From: Candidatus Omnitrophica bacterium UBA6249 | GTDB lineage: Bacteria > Omnitrophota > Gorgyraeia > Gygaellales > Profunditerraquicolaceae | Direction: 5' to 3' | NCBI GenBank assembly: GCA_002441305.1 | Contig: DJVT01000009.1 | Span: 12,839 to 76,838, forward strand | DNA length: 64,000 bases | Translations under genes and position numbers: made by a program | Notes under the pieces: generated by a model | Databases searched by the model: none | The model's input: only the letters and a program-made list of their open reading frames with translations | Told to the model about the DNA's origin: nothing | In this document: one piece after another, positions 27,293 to 36,104 of the stretch | Position numbering within the stretch: position 1 is the first letter of the stretch | How the letters are laid out: every line of letters starts with the position of its first letter

Positions 27293-28135
27293 ATGGGAGG
27301 CGGCGTTTTTAAAGAAAGATTTGTCGAACATTCGCTCTCTTCTTTTTTGGCATTCCTCAAGGATGCGCTTTTATCGGAAGAGGTATCCCTGCGCAGGGGG
27401 TTTGCGCAGTCCCTGGATCCGAGGATAAAGATACTATCCTTTTCATTTCTGATCGTCGCCGTCCTTTTTTCGAAGAGCATCCCCGTCCTTTTTTGCCTGT
27501 ATTCATTGAGTATCGCCCTGGCCTGCGTCTCCGGCATCGGGCTGTTTTTCTTCCTGAAACGCACCTGGGTGTTCATCCCTTTATTCTCCCTGTTCATCGC
27601 CCTTCCCGTATTGTCGGGGAATTTTTCCCCGGGGGAGAAGCTGTTTGCATTGAATTTGGGCCATGCGGCCATTACGGTTACCAGGGAGGGGGTGTATGTG
27701 TTTGTTTTGTTCATCCTGCGTATCGCCGCGATGGTTTCTTTTGCCGTGCTGCTTAATATAACCACGCGCCATTTTTCCCTGCTTAAGGCCTTGAGGGTCT
27801 TTAAGGTGCCCCAGGCTTTCGTGATGGTCATGGGTATCTGCTACCGTTACATTTATCTTTTTATCGGTATAATAGAAAATGCCCTGCTTTCTGTAAAAAG
27901 CAGGGTGGGGATGGTCCGGAATTATAAAACCGGGCAGAGGGTAGCCGGATGGAATATCGCTTCACTCTGGATCCGTTCATGCCGCCTCAGCGAAGAGGTA
28001 TATGCGGCGATGCTCTCCCGGGGCTATTGCGGCGAACCTGTACTGGAGGAAAGCTTCAGGGTTAAATTAAAGGATTGGATCTGGCTTTTGTTTACGGGGG
28101 GTGTGCTGGCATGCGGGATAAAGTTTTCTCTCTGA
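27293..28135 (+). CDS. cbiQ: ECF transporter transmembrane (T) component CbiQ
   Basis: 280 aa polytopic membrane protein immediately upstream of, and overlapping, the cbiO-type ATPase. Confidence 0.7.
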   Translation: MGGGVFKERFVEHSLSSFLAFLKDALLSEEVSLRRGFAQSLDPRIKILSFSFLIVAVLFSKSIPVLFCLYSLSIALACVSGIGLFFFLKRTWVFIPLFSLFIALPVLSGNFSPGEKLFALNLGHAAITVTREGVYVFVLFILRIAAMVSFAVLLNITTRHFSLLKALRVFKVPQAFVMVMGICYRYIYLFIGIIENALLSVKSRVGMVRNYKTGQRVAGWNIASLWIRSCRLSEEVYAAMLSRGYCGEPVLEESFRVKLKDWIWLLFTGGVLACGIKFSL

Positions 28136-28950
28136 AAGAGGTATATTTTTCTTATCTGGGCAGGTTTCCCGCCCTCTGCGGGATAGATGCGGAGATCTTG
28201 TCCGGCCAGAAGGTTGCCGTAGTCGGGGCGAACGGAAGCGGCAAGTCCACTTTCTTGAGCCTGCTCGACGGGCTTATCTTTGCCGATAAAGGCGAGGTCA
28301 GGTTCTTGGGCAGGGAGCTGAACGGCAGGGCATTCTCCGACGATAATTTCCTGCGCGATTTCCGGCGCAAGGTAGGGTTTGTTTTTCAGAACCCCGAAGT
28401 GCAGCTTTTCTGCCCGACCATAAAAGAGGATATTCTGTTCGGGCCGCTGCAGTTGGGTTTGGACAAGGCCAAGACCGAGTCCTGCCTGGAAAGGGTATCG
28501 GAGATGCTGGGCATCGGGGGATTGTTTGAGAGGTCCCCCCACCAGTTGAGCATAGGGGAAAAACGCAAAGCGGCGCTGGCCTCAGTGCTGGTCATGGACC
28601 CGGAGGTACTTATACTTGATGAGCCTACCGCGGGGCTCGACCCGTCTACTTCGCGCAATATCATCGACCTTCTCCTTGATGAGAGCTCCGCGGGCAAGAC
28701 AGTAGTGATCTCCACCCATGATCTGCACGTGGTGGAAGAAGTGGCTGAAGAAGTATATGTGCTCGGGCAGGACAGGAGGGTTGCCTCCTGCGGCAAGATG
28801 CGGGATATCCTTTCCGATGCCGCCCTGCTTGCCGCAAATAACTTGACGCATATCCACAGCCACAGGCACGGGGCCTTGTCGCATACGCATTCTCATTTAC
28901 ATTGTGAACAGAAAGGCTGCCGGGATGGCGGCCTAAACAAGAAAGGGTGA
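28111..28950 (+). CDS. cbiO: ECF/ABC transporter ATPase CbiO
   Basis: Walker A GANGSGKST, signature LSIGEKRK, Walker B VLILDEPT. ATG 28111 is preferred over the listed 28075. Confidence 0.85.
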   Translation: MRDKVFSLKEVYFSYLGRFPALCGIDAEILSGQKVAVVGANGSGKSTFLSLLDGLIFADKGEVRFLGRELNGRAFSDDNFLRDFRRKVGFVFQNPEVQLFCPTIKEDILFGPLQLGLDKAKTESCLERVSEMLGIGGLFERSPHQLSIGEKRKAALASVLVMDPEVLILDEPTAGLDPSTSRNIIDLLLDESSAGKTVVISTHDLHVVEEVAEEVYVLGQDRRVASCGKMRDILSDAALLAANNLTHIHSHRHGALSHTHSHLHCEQKGCRDGGLNKKG

Positions 28951-29276
28951 ATATGGCCAGGAGGAATGTTTTTTTTCTGAGTTTGAAGGGGTCGAAGAGA
29001 TTTACTCGTTTATACGCCGGAGCGGACAGGGATAAAGGGCTGCGCAGCGGGTTTGTCTGCCTGAAACCGAAGGAAAGCGTGGGAGAGCATGATACCGGCA
29101 GTAAAGAGGAGGCGCTTATCGTCATAAAAGGCAGTGCCGTCGTGCACTGCGGGAGGAAGAGCTTCAAGGTCTCCAAGGGCAGTTTCGTATATATCCCCCC
29201 GGCAACCAGGCATGACATAGAGAATGCCGGAAGGAAGGTCCTGCAGTATGTTTATGTCACCGCCCCCGCCGTATGA
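28947..29276 (+). CDS. Cupin-domain protein
   Basis: 109 aa small beta-barrel pattern (GEHDTGSKEEALIVIKG...YIPPATRHDIEN). Confidence 0.5.
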   Translation: MNMARRNVFFLSLKGSKRFTRLYAGADRDKGLRSGFVCLKPKESVGEHDTGSKEEALIVIKGSAVVHCGRKSFKVSKGSFVYIPPATRHDIENAGRKVLQYVYVTAPAV

Positions 29277-29395
29277 CCGGGATTATTTTAATTGCTAAAA
29301 GCGTATCCGGTTTGTATAATGGTTGAAATGCCTGCCTTGCGCAGGCTTAATTGTCGGTAGGGGTATTTGCCGGGAGGATTGGTTGGAGCGTGCTG

Positions 29396-30937
29396 ATGTT
29401 TAAAGGTCGAAGAAGGCGTATTACTTGTATCGATTTCGGCGGTTCATTCGTGAAGACCGCCTGCGTGGAGGTGGAAAAGGAAGCCTACCGGCTGCTCTCT
29501 TATGATATAGAAGAGTTCGATACGAGCTCTTCCGGGGAGCAGGAGATAGGTGCTTTCATTCTACGGTCTTTGAAGAAGTGTCCGGGGTTTGGCAGGAATA
29601 CCTTTATCAGTATCTCCGGCCCTGAAGGTTTTTTCGTCAAAAAGATGCTTCTTGCGCACGCTTCCAAAGACAGGATGATCAGTTTGGCAAAGCGCCGGAT
29701 CAAGGCGGAGATCCCTTTTGATTGCGAGGACATCCTGGCGGACCTGCAGATTATCCGCGAGTCACCCGCAGGCGGAAGGTCCAGAAAAGCCGAGGCCTAC
29801 TGTTTATTCGTCAAAAAGGATACGGTAGATAAGTATGTTTCTGCCTGCAGGGAATGCGGGCTTGTCCCCAGGAAGGTTTCCACCAGTATATTCAATTATT
29901 GCGGGATACTGGGGTCGCTTTTTTCTCTGCCGGAAACCAGCGCAGTTCTCGATATAGGCAATACCCATTCTTACCTTTCCATATACCGGGGGAGCAGGCT
30001 GAGTTTTGCCAAGAGCCTGGATTTTTCGGTTTCCCGGCTTTGCGGTTCGCTATGCGGTACCGTGAATACGGAAAACGGGGATGTGGAGATAGATTTTGAA
30101 AAGGCTGAACGCCTGGTGCGTTCGGAAGGATTGTTTTTAGGCGGAGAAGAAAAGGAGCTTGCCGAAGGGGTAAAAACCGGGCAACTTGCCAAGCTTATGC
30201 TTCCTTTGCTTGAAAAGGTTTCCCGGGAGGTATGGGAGCTGCTTTCCTCTTTTGCCTCAGAGCCGGGGTCATCGATGCCGGAGACCCTGTATATTACGGG
30301 GGGAGGGGCAGGTTTAAAGAACGCCGGGCAGTATTTCAACAGCAAGATAAACATAAAGGTAGAGAAGCTTCCTCTTCCCGGGACTCTCGATATCAGGGAA
30401 GTGGACGCGGAGAAGTTTTTTTTGGACGCAAGCCGGCTTTCCAGCGCGATCGGGCTTGCCATGCGTTACCCGGGAATAAACCTGATATCCATGGAGCTCA
30501 GGAAAGGGATGTTCAGGTCTCTTCGCCTGTGGCTGGTACGCATCTTTCTGATTTCAGCGCTGGCTGTTTCCATGTTTTTTTGGATCAGGAGGAATACTCT
30601 TATCGACGAACAGAATGGGCGGGCCGGCGCAGGACAGCGCGCGGTTGCGGATGGGGAGGTTTCTCCTGAGCTCTCCCGCACCGGAGCGTTGCTTGAGATG
30701 GTCGGTTCGGTAATCCCGGCGGGAGTGGCGCTTGATAAGTTCGAATTTGACCGCGCCCGCTGCCTTATGCGTATCGGAGGCACGGTTTCACCGGGCGGGG
30801 ACAGGGGGAGGGAAACCCTTGCTGGCTTTATCGGGGAATTGGAGAATATGGAGCCTGTTTTGCAAGCCAAACTTTCTTCTTTCAGGAGGAAGGGCCGGGG
30901 GAGCAAGTTTGAGATAGAGTGTTCCCTGAGAGAATAA
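29396..30937 (+). CDS. PilM-like actin-fold protein fused to TM + PilN-like region (second GspL-like paralog)
   Basis: ITCIDFGGSFVKTA, VLDIGNTHSYLSIY and LYITGGGAGLKN phosphate-binding-like blocks. TM segment LWLVRIFLISALAVSMFFWI. Start taken at the ATG 45 nt into the listed ORF. Confidence 0.55.
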   Translation: MFKGRRRRITCIDFGGSFVKTACVEVEKEAYRLLSYDIEEFDTSSSGEQEIGAFILRSLKKCPGFGRNTFISISGPEGFFVKKMLLAHASKDRMISLAKRRIKAEIPFDCEDILADLQIIRESPAGGRSRKAEAYCLFVKKDTVDKYVSACRECGLVPRKVSTSIFNYCGILGSLFSLPETSAVLDIGNTHSYLSIYRGSRLSFAKSLDFSVSRLCGSLCGTVNTENGDVEIDFEKAERLVRSEGLFLGGEEKELAEGVKTGQLAKLMLPLLEKVSREVWELLSSFASEPGSSMPETLYITGGGAGLKNAGQYFNSKINIKVEKLPLPGTLDIREVDAEKFFLDASRLSSAIGLAMRYPGINLISMELRKGMFRSLRLWLVRIFLISALAVSMFFWIRRNTLIDEQNGRAGAGQRAVADGEVSPELSRTGALLEMVGSVIPAGVALDKFEFDRARCLMRIGGTVSPGGDRGRETLAGFIGELENMEPVLQAKLSSFRRKGRGSKFEIECSLRE

Positions 30938-30953
30938 ACAGGAAGGAGAAGCT

Positions 30954-31361
30954 ATGAGTAAAAAAGGCCTTGCTTGGGTTGAGATAATCATCATGTTTGC
31001 CGTGGTAATTTTGTTGTCGGCGACCCTGATTCCGCACCTGGCGGATTTTTCGAATAATTCGGAAACGGCCAAGTCCGTATTGCGCAAGCTCTCTACCGCC
31101 GCGGAAAATTATGCCGTTTCCCATAAAGGGACCTATCCTTCCGATGTAGTAGAGCTTTCCGGCTTCATGCCGTTGGCAGGCAATTACTGCGCCAATGCTT
31201 CCGGGACCTCTACTATCGTGGGCGAATACAGCTATTCATGCATATTGACTCCCGGAGGGTACTCTTTCTCCGCGGGTATCGATTCCGGAGAGGACGAGCG
31301 GGAGGGGCTATGTACCGTTACTACCGGGGGGATATTCACTCCATTTCCATCTTCGCGCTGA
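30954..31361 (+). CDS. Atypical type IV pilin/pseudopilin-like protein
   Basis: N-terminus MSKKG/LAWVEIIIMFAVVILL has Gly then Glu at +5, but Leu at +1. The AENYAVSHKGTYPSDVVEL block resembles GspG-type pilins. Confidence 0.4.
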   Translation: MSKKGLAWVEIIIMFAVVILLSATLIPHLADFSNNSETAKSVLRKLSTAAENYAVSHKGTYPSDVVELSGFMPLAGNYCANASGTSTIVGEYSYSCILTPGGYSFSAGIDSGEDEREGLCTVTTGGIFTPFPSSR

Positions 31362-31529
31362 AGCGCCGGTACTGTCCGTATTCAGCGCAGAAGGCCTTCC
31401 ACCTAATTGTTTCTGGGGCAAAGAGTTAATAAAAAACCCTGCGCAATACTCCAAGGAAAAATTGGTTGCTAAAAAACCCCTTTATGCTAAAATTAAGAGA
31501 TAAGTTTTATCTTTAGAGAGGGAAGGAAT

Positions 31530-31943
31530 ATGCTCGGAAAAAAAGCGCGGAGTTTCGTGACTATAATGATCATTGTGGGTTTAAGCGCCCTGCTGCTGCG
31601 TACTGCAATCCAGAAGCTGATCGTTTATAACGTAGAACGCAATCAGTCGATAGCCCAGGTGAACCTCAAGCTTTTTTATACCGCCCTGGAGAATTACGCC
31701 AAGGACAATAAAGGGGTTTACCCGGACAACATCAGCCAGCTTACCAAAGGCAGCCCGGTTTATCTGGAGAGGGATTATCTGGCGGTATCTTCGGTGAGAG
31801 GGTATGAGTATGAATGCCGGCGCATGGATGCGGCTGGATACAACTGTTCGGCCGAGCCGGTTAATTGCAACCTTACGGGCCAGAAGATTTATACCATGTC
31901 CACCGGAGGGTTGATCATCACCGAGGATTGCGATAAAAAATAA
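31530..31943 (+). CDS. Pilin-like protein with degenerate signal
   Basis: Hydrophobic N-terminal helix FVTIMIIVGLSALLL without Gly-1 or Glu+5. Shares the LENYAKDNKGVYPDNISQL block with the preceding gene. Confidence 0.3.
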   Translation: MLGKKARSFVTIMIIVGLSALLLRTAIQKLIVYNVERNQSIAQVNLKLFYTALENYAKDNKGVYPDNISQLTKGSPVYLERDYLAVSSVRGYEYECRRMDAAGYNCSAEPVNCNLTGQKIYTMSTGGLIITEDCDKK

Positions 31944-31946
31944 CAG

Positions 31947-32261
31947 GTGGTTTTTGTGTACAGGGTTAATTTTATATTTTCCAAGAAAGGGCTGATGCGT
32001 TATATTTCGCATTTGGACCTTATGCGTCTGCTTACGCGCGCGATGCGCAGGGCCGATCTTCCGCTTAAAATGACGGAAGGTTTCAGCCCTCATCCCAAGC
32101 TCAGCCTGAAAAGGGCTTTGAAACTGGGGGTGGAGAGCGAGGGGGAGGAAGCTTCCATACTTTTGAGGTTCCCGGTAGAGCCGGGAGATTTCAGGGGCAG
32201 ATTGCAGAAACAACTACCGGAAGGGATAGAGATAAAAGATGTCCAAGGAAATTTTAATTAA
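31947..32261 (+). CDS. Short DUF2344-like (radical-SAM-linked, TIGR03936-type) protein
   Basis: RYISHLDLMRLLTRAMRRADLP...GFSPHPK block typical of this family, which commonly neighbours rne/rng. Only 104 aa here. Confidence 0.45.
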   Translation: MVFVYRVNFIFSKKGLMRYISHLDLMRLLTRAMRRADLPLKMTEGFSPHPKLSLKRALKLGVESEGEEASILLRFPVEPGDFRGRLQKQLPEGIEIKDVQGNFN

Positions 32262-33681
32262 TGCCGATTCTCAGGAAAAGCGTGTAGCCATAGTGCAGGA
32301 CGGCCAGCTGCTCGAGTTCCATATCGAGCGCCCGCAGGACCGCACCATCGTGGGCAACATTTATAAAGGCAGGATCGAGGCGGTAATGCCGTCTATCGGC
32401 GCCGCCTTCGTGGATATCGGCCTGGAAAAGAACGGTTTTCTTTATTTGTCGGAGATCGATTCGGCATATGAGTCGGTAGATTCCGAAAGGCAGACGCCTA
32501 TAAAAGAGGTCAAGAAAGGCCAGGAGGTGCTTGTTCAGGTAGTGAAGGAATCCTTCGGCACGAAGGGGCCGCGCCTTTCTACGCAGATCGGGCTTGCCGG
32601 CAGGTACCTGGTGATTATGCCCCTGGATAAACAGGGGGGGATTTCGCGCCGTATCGAAGACGACAAGGAGAGGCACCGCCTGCGCGATATCTTCAAGGGC
32701 CTGAAGTTTCCCGACCAGGTTGGTTTTATCGTGCGCACAGCCGCGAGCGGCCGTTCGGCGCAGGAGCTGACGCGCGACGCGCAGTTCCTTTATAAGCTGT
32801 GGAAACGCCTGGAAAAGACCGCCCAGGGGAAGAAAGCCCCGGCGCTTGTCTATGAAGAGTATGACCTTGCCCTGCGCGCCATCCGCGATTCGTTTACCGA
32901 AGACGTAAACAAGCTGATTGTCGATTCCAAGGCGGAGTTCTACCGCATCAGGCATTTTATGCGCACCTTCCTGAATTATCTATGCAGGAGGGTGGAGTTT
33001 TATAAAGGCGATGACCTGTTCGGGGCAAAGGATGTGGAGAAGCAGGTTAACCGTATTTTCGAAAGCCACGTATACATGAAGTCCAAGGCTTACCTGATTA
33101 TCGAGCCTACGGAAGGCCTGGTGGTCATAGACGTGAACAGCGGAGGATTCAAGAAAAAGGTCAACCAGGAGGATATGGCCTTCAAGGTCAATTCCGAAGC
33201 TGCGGTAGAGATAGCGCGCCAGCTGGTGCTGCGCGACCTGGGCGGCATCGTCGTAATCGATTTTATCGACATGGAGAAAGAGGGGCACCGGAGGGAGCTT
33301 TTGAACATATTGAAGAAGGCATTATCCCATGACCGGGCCAAGTATGATTTAGAGGGTATCTCCAAATTCGGGATTGTAGAGATGACCCGTGAACGCATCC
33401 ACAAGACAGTGCAGATGCTTTCTTACCACCCCTGCCCGTACTGCAAAGGAAAAGGCAAACTGCGCTCGCCCCAGACTTTGGGGATTTTCGCTTTGAAGGA
33501 ATTGAAGCGGTATCTCAAAGGCAAAACCCTGAAGCAGGCCTCGGTTACCCTGGCCCCTCCGGTAATCGACGAAATATTGAAAGACAAGGAGGCCTTGCGC
33601 GCGATCGAGCGCAAATACAGGGTTAAAATCAATCTGATTTCAAATCCGACCGCGCACCTGGAAGACATAAAAATATCCTGA
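32239..33681 (+). CDS. rng: Ribonuclease G/E family endoribonuclease
   Basis: N-terminal S1 domain (GNIYKGRIEAVMPSIGAAFVDIG), a DNase-I-like catalytic core (VVIDVNSG...) and a Zn-link CPYC. Confidence 0.85.
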   Translation: MSKEILINADSQEKRVAIVQDGQLLEFHIERPQDRTIVGNIYKGRIEAVMPSIGAAFVDIGLEKNGFLYLSEIDSAYESVDSERQTPIKEVKKGQEVLVQVVKESFGTKGPRLSTQIGLAGRYLVIMPLDKQGGISRRIEDDKERHRLRDIFKGLKFPDQVGFIVRTAASGRSAQELTRDAQFLYKLWKRLEKTAQGKKAPALVYEEYDLALRAIRDSFTEDVNKLIVDSKAEFYRIRHFMRTFLNYLCRRVEFYKGDDLFGAKDVEKQVNRIFESHVYMKSKAYLIIEPTEGLVVIDVNSGGFKKKVNQEDMAFKVNSEAAVEIARQLVLRDLGGIVVIDFIDMEKEGHRRELLNILKKALSHDRAKYDLEGISKFGIVEMTRERIHKTVQMLSYHPCPYCKGKGKLRSPQTLGIFALKELKRYLKGKTLKQASVTLAPPVIDEILKDKEALRAIERKYRVKINLISNPTAHLEDIKIS

Positions 33682-33708
33682 TATTAACGGGTTGCGTCAT
33701 TTTTAGCC

Positions 33709-33737
33709 TTGACCCGTTATTACGGCTGGTATATAAT
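33709..33737 (+). promoter_or_regulatory. Sigma70-like promoter upstream of rplU
   Basis: TTGACC (33709..33714), 17-nt spacer, TATAAT (33732..33737). GAGGAGG RBS precedes ATG 33783. Confidence 0.55.
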
Positions 33738-33782
33738 ATCCGTTTAAAACATTCGTATTAATTACCCTGAGGAGGAAGACAA

Positions 33783-34103
33783 ATGTATGCGATAGTTGAA
33801 GTTGGAGCAAAACAGTACAGTGTAAAAAAAGACGATATTCTTGCGGTAAACAAGCAGTACATCAAGGACGGGGAAAGCATAGTCCTGGATAAAGTAATGC
33901 TGGTTTCCGACGAGAAGACCGTAGAAGTGGGCCAGCCTTATGTCAAAGGCGCAAAAGTGGAGGCGGTTGTTTTAAAGCAGACCAAAGGCGAAAAGACCAC
34001 TGCCTATAAATACCGCCGGAGAAAAGGCAGTTCCGACTGGAAAAAGGGGCATCGCCCCCAGCTTACCGAGCTTAAGATAAAGTCTATCGCGCTCGGCCTA
34101 TAG
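33783..34103 (+). CDS. rplU: 50S ribosomal protein L21
   Basis: MYAIVEVGAKQYSVKKDD N-terminus; 106 aa. Confidence 0.9.
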   Translation: MYAIVEVGAKQYSVKKDDILAVNKQYIKDGESIVLDKVMLVSDEKTVEVGQPYVKGAKVEAVVLKQTKGEKTTAYKYRRRKGSSDWKKGHRPQLTELKIKSIALGL

Positions 34104-34107
34104 GAAA

Positions 34108-35061
34108 GTGTTTGTTGACAGCGTTAAAGTTGATATCCGGGCAGGAAACGGGGGAAATGGATGTAAAAGCCTTTACCACGACAGGTATGAGCGGAAAGGC
34201 AGGCCTGACGGAGGGGATGGAGGAAAAGGCGCGGATATTGTCTTTTGCGTCGACCATAACCTTCTTACTCTCCTGGATTTTCAGCATCACCGGCATTTTT
34301 TCGGGGCCCACGGCGGCCACGGAGGGAGCAACCGCAAGAAGGGGCGCTCTGCGGAAGATGTAATCGTGCGCGTCCCGGCCGGGACAATTATCAAAGACGC
34401 TTCAAGCGGGGCCATACTGCGTGATTTAAGCCAGGACGGGCAGAGCGTGGTTGTGGCTAAGGGCGGCAAGGGAGGATTGGGGAACTGGCATCGCATGGAT
34501 GCTGCTCCGGGAGAACCCGGGGAAGAGAGGACCGTCCTGCTTGATTTGAAACTGATTGCCGATGTGGGCGTGGTGGGTTTTCCCAACGCGGGAAAATCCA
34601 CTCTTGTTTCGGCGGTATCCCACGCCAGGCCGAAAGTCGCCGCTTATCCTTTTACGACAACCGCTCCGGTATTGGGAGTAGCCGATTCGCGCAAGGGGAA
34701 ATTCGTGATTGCCGATGTCCCGGGCCTGATTGCCGGCGCCTGGGAAGGGCGCGGGCTGGGCGATAAATTCCTGAAGCACATAGAGCGCACCAGGGTGCTC
34801 ATACACCTTTTGGATATGGCGGGTTTCGAAGGCAGGGATCCGGTCGACGATTATAAGAAAATAAACCTGGAGCTGAAGAATTACGGAAACGGGGTAAACA
34901 AAAAACCGCAGGTTATTTGCGCCAACAAGATGGATATCGGCGATGCGGCAAAGAACCTGAAGAGATTTAAGAGCCTGGTGCGTAAACCGGTTTATCCGAT
35001 ATCGGCCCTGGAGGGAAAAGGGCTGGAGGAATTGGTGGATGCAGTCGCAAAAAAGCTGTAA
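34108..35061 (+). CDS. obg: GTPase Obg (short form)
   Basis: Glycine-rich Obg fold (GGDGGKGADIVF), G1 GFPNAGKST, G3 DVPGLI, G4 NKMD. GTG start. Confidence 0.9.
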   Translation: MFVDSVKVDIRAGNGGNGCKSLYHDRYERKGRPDGGDGGKGADIVFCVDHNLLTLLDFQHHRHFFGAHGGHGGSNRKKGRSAEDVIVRVPAGTIIKDASSGAILRDLSQDGQSVVVAKGGKGGLGNWHRMDAAPGEPGEERTVLLDLKLIADVGVVGFPNAGKSTLVSAVSHARPKVAAYPFTTTAPVLGVADSRKGKFVIADVPGLIAGAWEGRGLGDKFLKHIERTRVLIHLLDMAGFEGRDPVDDYKKINLELKNYGNGVNKKPQVICANKMDIGDAAKNLKRFKSLVRKPVYPISALEGKGLEELVDAVAKKL

Positions 35062-36103
35062 GAGGATTGTAGTCAAGATCGGCTCGAGCCTGTTTTCCGG
35101 GCAGAAACAGAAGCCGGATATGTCCCTGCTGGATTCGATCGCCGGCCAGATATCCGCCTTGGTCAGGCAGGGCAGGGAGGTGCTGTTGGTTTCCTCCGGA
35201 GCGGTCGCCCTGGGGATGTCCACTTTAAAACTGTCCAGCCGGCCTAAGGAGTTGCGTTACCTGCAGGCTGCGGCAGCCGCCGGCCAGCATGAGCTCATGC
35301 GCGTTTATCACCGTGAGTTCAGTAAATACGGGCTGGATTGCGCTCAATTGCTCCTGACCTGGGATGATTTTTCCGGGAGGAGTCGTTATCTGAACGCAAA
35401 GAATACTTTGAACACCCTGCTTTCTTTAAAGTGCGTTCCCGTGATAAACGAGAACGATACCGTATCTACCGAGGAGATAAAATTCGGGGATAACGATAAA
35501 CTTTCCGCGCTGGTTGCGATACTGGCAGGTGCGGAGTTGTTGATTATTCTTTCTGATGTGGACGGGCTTCTCGATAAAGAGAAGAAGGTTATCCGCCTGG
35601 TGGACAAGATTACCGGGCAGGTCAAGTCGCTCGCTTCCCCGGCCAGCAAGAAGACTTGCGTGGGGGGGATGGCTGCCAAGATCGAGGCGGCGCGCATCGC
35701 GGTGGATTCCGGTATTCCATGCGTGATCGCCAACGGGCATGCCGGGGATGTAATAACCAGGCTTGCCGCCGACCATTTCGACTGCGGTACGCTTTTTTCG
35801 CCCGGCAGGAATATGCTCGATGAGAAAAGGCGCTGGATGGCTTTCGGGACCAGGCCCAAAGGCAGGATAATCGTGGACGACGGGGCGAAGAAGGCATTGT
35901 GCGCCAAAAAGAGCCTGCTTGCCGTGGGGGTAGTTTCCTGCGAAGGAAATTTTTATTCCGGGGATGTAGTCAGCATATGCGATAAGGGAAGCCTCGAGAT
36001 CGGGCGGGGGAAGGCCGGGATTGCTTCCAGGGAGCTCGATAAAATAAAAGGCGAGCGTTTTTCCAGGGAAGTCGTTCATTGCGATAATCTGGTGATTTTG
36101 TAA
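35039..36103 (+). CDS. proB: Glutamate 5-kinase with PUA domain
   Basis: RIVVKIGSSLF N-terminus, amino-acid kinase fold, C-terminal PUA-like region. Confidence 0.9.
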   Translation: MQSQKSCKRIVVKIGSSLFSGQKQKPDMSLLDSIAGQISALVRQGREVLLVSSGAVALGMSTLKLSSRPKELRYLQAAAAAGQHELMRVYHREFSKYGLDCAQLLLTWDDFSGRSRYLNAKNTLNTLLSLKCVPVINENDTVSTEEIKFGDNDKLSALVAILAGAELLIILSDVDGLLDKEKKVIRLVDKITGQVKSLASPASKKTCVGGMAAKIEAARIAVDSGIPCVIANGHAGDVITRLAADHFDCGTLFSPGRNMLDEKRRWMAFGTRPKGRIIVDDGAKKALCAKKSLLAVGVVSCEGNFYSGDVVSICDKGSLEIGRGKAGIASRELDKIKGERFSREVVHCDNLVIL

Positions 36104-36104
36104 G

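Noticed and set aside
33686-33718. Inverted repeat AACGGGT...ACCCGTT after rng as a terminator.
   Set aside because: The loop is 19 nt, there is no T-run, and the 3' half overlaps the -35 element of the rplU promoter candidate.
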